From an archaeon (GTDB lineage Archaea; Nanobdellota; Nanobdellia; Woesearchaeales; GW2011-AR9): a DNA stretch of 64,000 bases. The stretch covers positions 70,136 to 134,135 of the forward strand of contig JABHRS010000008.1 of assembly GCA_018670085.1 (NCBI GenBank). Direction: 5' to 3'. A program made the position numbers and the translations under genes. The notes under the pieces were generated by a model, which saw only the letters and a program-made list of their open reading frames with translations, searched no databases and had not been told where the DNA came from. Of this stretch, positions 62,467 to 64,000 are shown in pieces; position 1 is the first letter of the stretch, and the number at the start of each line of letters is the position of its first letter.

Positions 62467-63150
62467 ATGGTAAAAGATAAATTTTTTTGGAAGAGACCAG
62501 TTGTGGTGATTGATTATGGAGTGGGAAATATTTTCTCTATCACTAATGCTCTTGAACATCTTGGTTATTCATATATGATATCAAATAAGGAAGCTGATAT
62601 TAAAGCAGCGTCTGCTTTGATTTTGCCTGGTGTTGGTGCGTTTAAAGAAGCTATGAATAATTTAAACTCACTTGGATTAATTCCAACACTTGAAGAGGCA
62701 GTACTAATACAGAAGAAACCAATACTTGGAATCTGTCTTGGAATGCAAATTCTTGGAACAAGTTCTGAAGAAAATGGACACTACAAAGGCCTTGATTGGA
62801 TTCCTGGAAAAAATGTGCTTTTTACAGAAATTGGAAATTTAAAAATACCTCATGTTGGATGGAACACAGTTAATATTAAAAGAAAAATTCCACTATTTTC
62901 TAACATTTTGGAAAATTCACAACCACATTATTATTTTGATCATAGTTATCACTTTGTTTGCGATGAAGAATTTATTAGCGCAACATGTAATTATGGGAAA
63001 GAAGTAGTGGTGGCAATTCAGAAAGAAAATATTTTTGGTGTGCAATTTCATCCTGAAAAAAGTCAAAACAGCGGATTTAGACTTTATAGAGGATTTTTTG
63101 AGTATGTAAAATCACAGTTCAAACATAGGATGGTGAAGATGGATGCTTAA
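62467..63150 (+). CDS. HisH-like class I glutamine amidotransferase subunit (WbuY-like)
   Basis: LGICLGMQIL (nucleophile Cys) and GVQFHPEKS (His-Glu). Confidence 0.85.
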   Translation: MVKDKFFWKRPVVVIDYGVGNIFSITNALEHLGYSYMISNKEADIKAASALILPGVGAFKEAMNNLNSLGLIPTLEEAVLIQKKPILGICLGMQILGTSSEENGHYKGLDWIPGKNVLFTEIGNLKIPHVGWNTVNIKRKIPLFSNILENSQPHYYFDHSYHFVCDEEFISATCNYGKEVVVAIQKENIFGVQFHPEKSQNSGFRLYRGFFEYVKSQFKHRMVKMDA

Positions 63151-64000
63151 GAAAAGAGTAATTGCTTGTTTAGTAATAAAAAATGGAATTGTAGTTCAAA
63201 GTATTGGGTTTGAGAAATATTTGCCTGTTGGAATTCCAGAAATTGCAGTAGAATTTCTTAACTCATGGGGAATTGATGAAATAGTTCTATTAGATATTGA
63301 TGCGACATTGGAAAACAGAGAGCCAGATTTTGAAATGATAAAGAGGATTTCAAAGAAATGTTTTGTTCCATTAACAATTGGTGGTGGGATAAAAAGTGTT
63401 GCAGTTATGAAAAAATTAATCAGAACTGGGGCTGATAAAATTGCAATCAACAGTTTGGCGGTAAATAATCCTTCTCTAATAAGTGAAGCTGCAGCAGTTC
63501 TTGGGAAACAATGTATTGTGGTTTCAATTGATGCTAAATGTAGAAAAAGAGAAGATGGAATTATCTGGCATGAAGTTATGATCAACAATGGGAAAGAAGG
63601 TACTGGACTTGATGTTGTCAATTTTTCCAAAAAATGCGAAGAGTTAGGTGCTGGGGAAATTATAGTTAACTCTATAGATAATGATGGATCAAAAAATGGT
63701 CTTGATATTGAATTAATCCGGAGCGTAAGTTCTGCTGTTTCTATTCCAGTAATTGCAATCGGAGGAGTTGGGCATCCAGAGCATTTTGCAGAAGGGTTTA
63801 TTCAAGGGAATGCAATGGCAGTAGCTGCTGCAAACTATTTCCATTTCACTGAACATAGCCCAATTATTGTAAAGGAGTATTTAATGTCATACACAACAAT
63901 TAGACCAAGGCATGAGACTTATATTAATTATGAGGGATTTTCATTTAACAAGTATGGACGAATTAAAAAACGTGAAGAAGATTATTTAGATAAGACCAGG
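63143..64000 (+). CDS. HisF-like (beta/alpha)8 cyclase subunit (WbuZ-like), 3' end outside the window
   Basis: Open frame from ATG 63143 (8-nt overlap with the HisH-like stop) to the window edge. Blocks: RVIACLVIKNGIVVQS, DEIVLLDIDA, LTIGGGI, GADKIAINS, GAGEIIVNSIDNDGSKNGLD, IAIGGVG. It is missing from the ORF track because it is edge-truncated. Confidence 0.8.
   Translation, partial: MLKKRVIACLVIKNGIVVQSIGFEKYLPVGIPEIAVEFLNSWGIDEIVLLDIDATLENREPDFEMIKRISKKCFVPLTIGGGIKSVAVMKKLIRTGADKIAINSLAVNNPSLISEAAAVLGKQCIVVSIDAKCRKREDGIIWHEVMINNGKEGTGLDVVNFSKKCEELGAGEIIVNSIDNDGSKNGLDIELIRSVSSAVSIPVIAIGGVGHPEHFAEGFIQGNAMAVAAANYFHFTEHSPIIVKEYLMSYTTIRPRHETYINYEGFSFNKYGRIKKREEDYLDKTR

Noticed and set aside
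63196-63630. 144-aa minus-strand ORF in the ORF track
   Set aside because: It is fully antisense to the HisF-like gene, whose plus-strand translation shows every canonical HisF block. The antisense peptide is low-complexity and has no promoter or motif.
1-64000. CRISPR arrays, rRNA genes, diversity-generating retroelements
   Set aside because: The only tandem repeats are short (10-15 nt units, 2-5 copies) with no spacer structure. No cas, reverse-transcriptase or rRNA-like sequence was seen. The paralog similarity at 38.2/39.2 kb is ordinary duplication without an adenine-specific mismatch pattern.

Overview
This is a gene-dense archaeal chromosome segment of 64 kb with low GC (about one-third G+C by eye). 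Four things support an archaeal origin. They are ribosomal protein S8e, a membrane-inserted LonB protease, a tRNA-Val(UAC) with a canonical bulge-helix-bulge intron, and a very regular leaderless promoter layout in which a TTTTTAAA/TTTATAAA-type TATA box starts about 30 nt upstream of most ATGs. The gene content is surface-heavy and includes many bacterial-type genes: type I GAPDH, a long RelA/SpoT homologue, an M15 peptidase, a FemAB-like gene and Sec-type signal peptides. That mix fits a small-genome DPANN-like archaeon, but this is inference only. Housekeeping genes include cysS, eno, gap, rps8e, lonB, scpA, a TsaC/Sua5-type gene, an NSUN-type RNA methyltransferase, an ABC exporter, an M29 aminopeptidase and a tandem Lrp/AsnC regulator. 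Envelope genes include a transglutaminase-like protein, an operon with a 1874-aa Cys-rich giant protein, a Methanococcales-type S-layer protein and a tandem family of small anchored 6-Cys proteins. A glycan island of about 17 kb (46.8-64 kb) carries the GlcNAc-1-P transferase, GT2/GT4 enzymes, a deacetylase, DegT, a FemAB-like gene and an acetamidino-sugar amidotransferase triad. The most interesting observations are listed here. (1) A Fom1-like cytidylyltransferase-PEP mutase fusion, phosphonopyruvate decarboxylase and an Fe-ADH sit next to two alkaline-phosphatase-superfamily genes, which predicts a phosphonate-decorated glycan. (2) A giant surface-protein operon has pilin-like N-termini. 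(3) A long RSH with a degenerate HD hydrolase site is paired with a Nudix gene. (4) A split ATP-citrate-lyase-like set (SucC-like, SucD-like and a short citrate-synthase-like lyase) follows the S-layer gene. (5) A secreted M15 (LAS) peptidase is coupled to enolase. (6) A 150-bp MITE-like element has 14-bp inverted ends and 9-bp flanking direct repeats. (7) A diverged dispersed repeat links the 3' end of a truncated Hel308-like helicase to a second locus. No CRISPR array, rRNA, integrase or transposase gene was seen.
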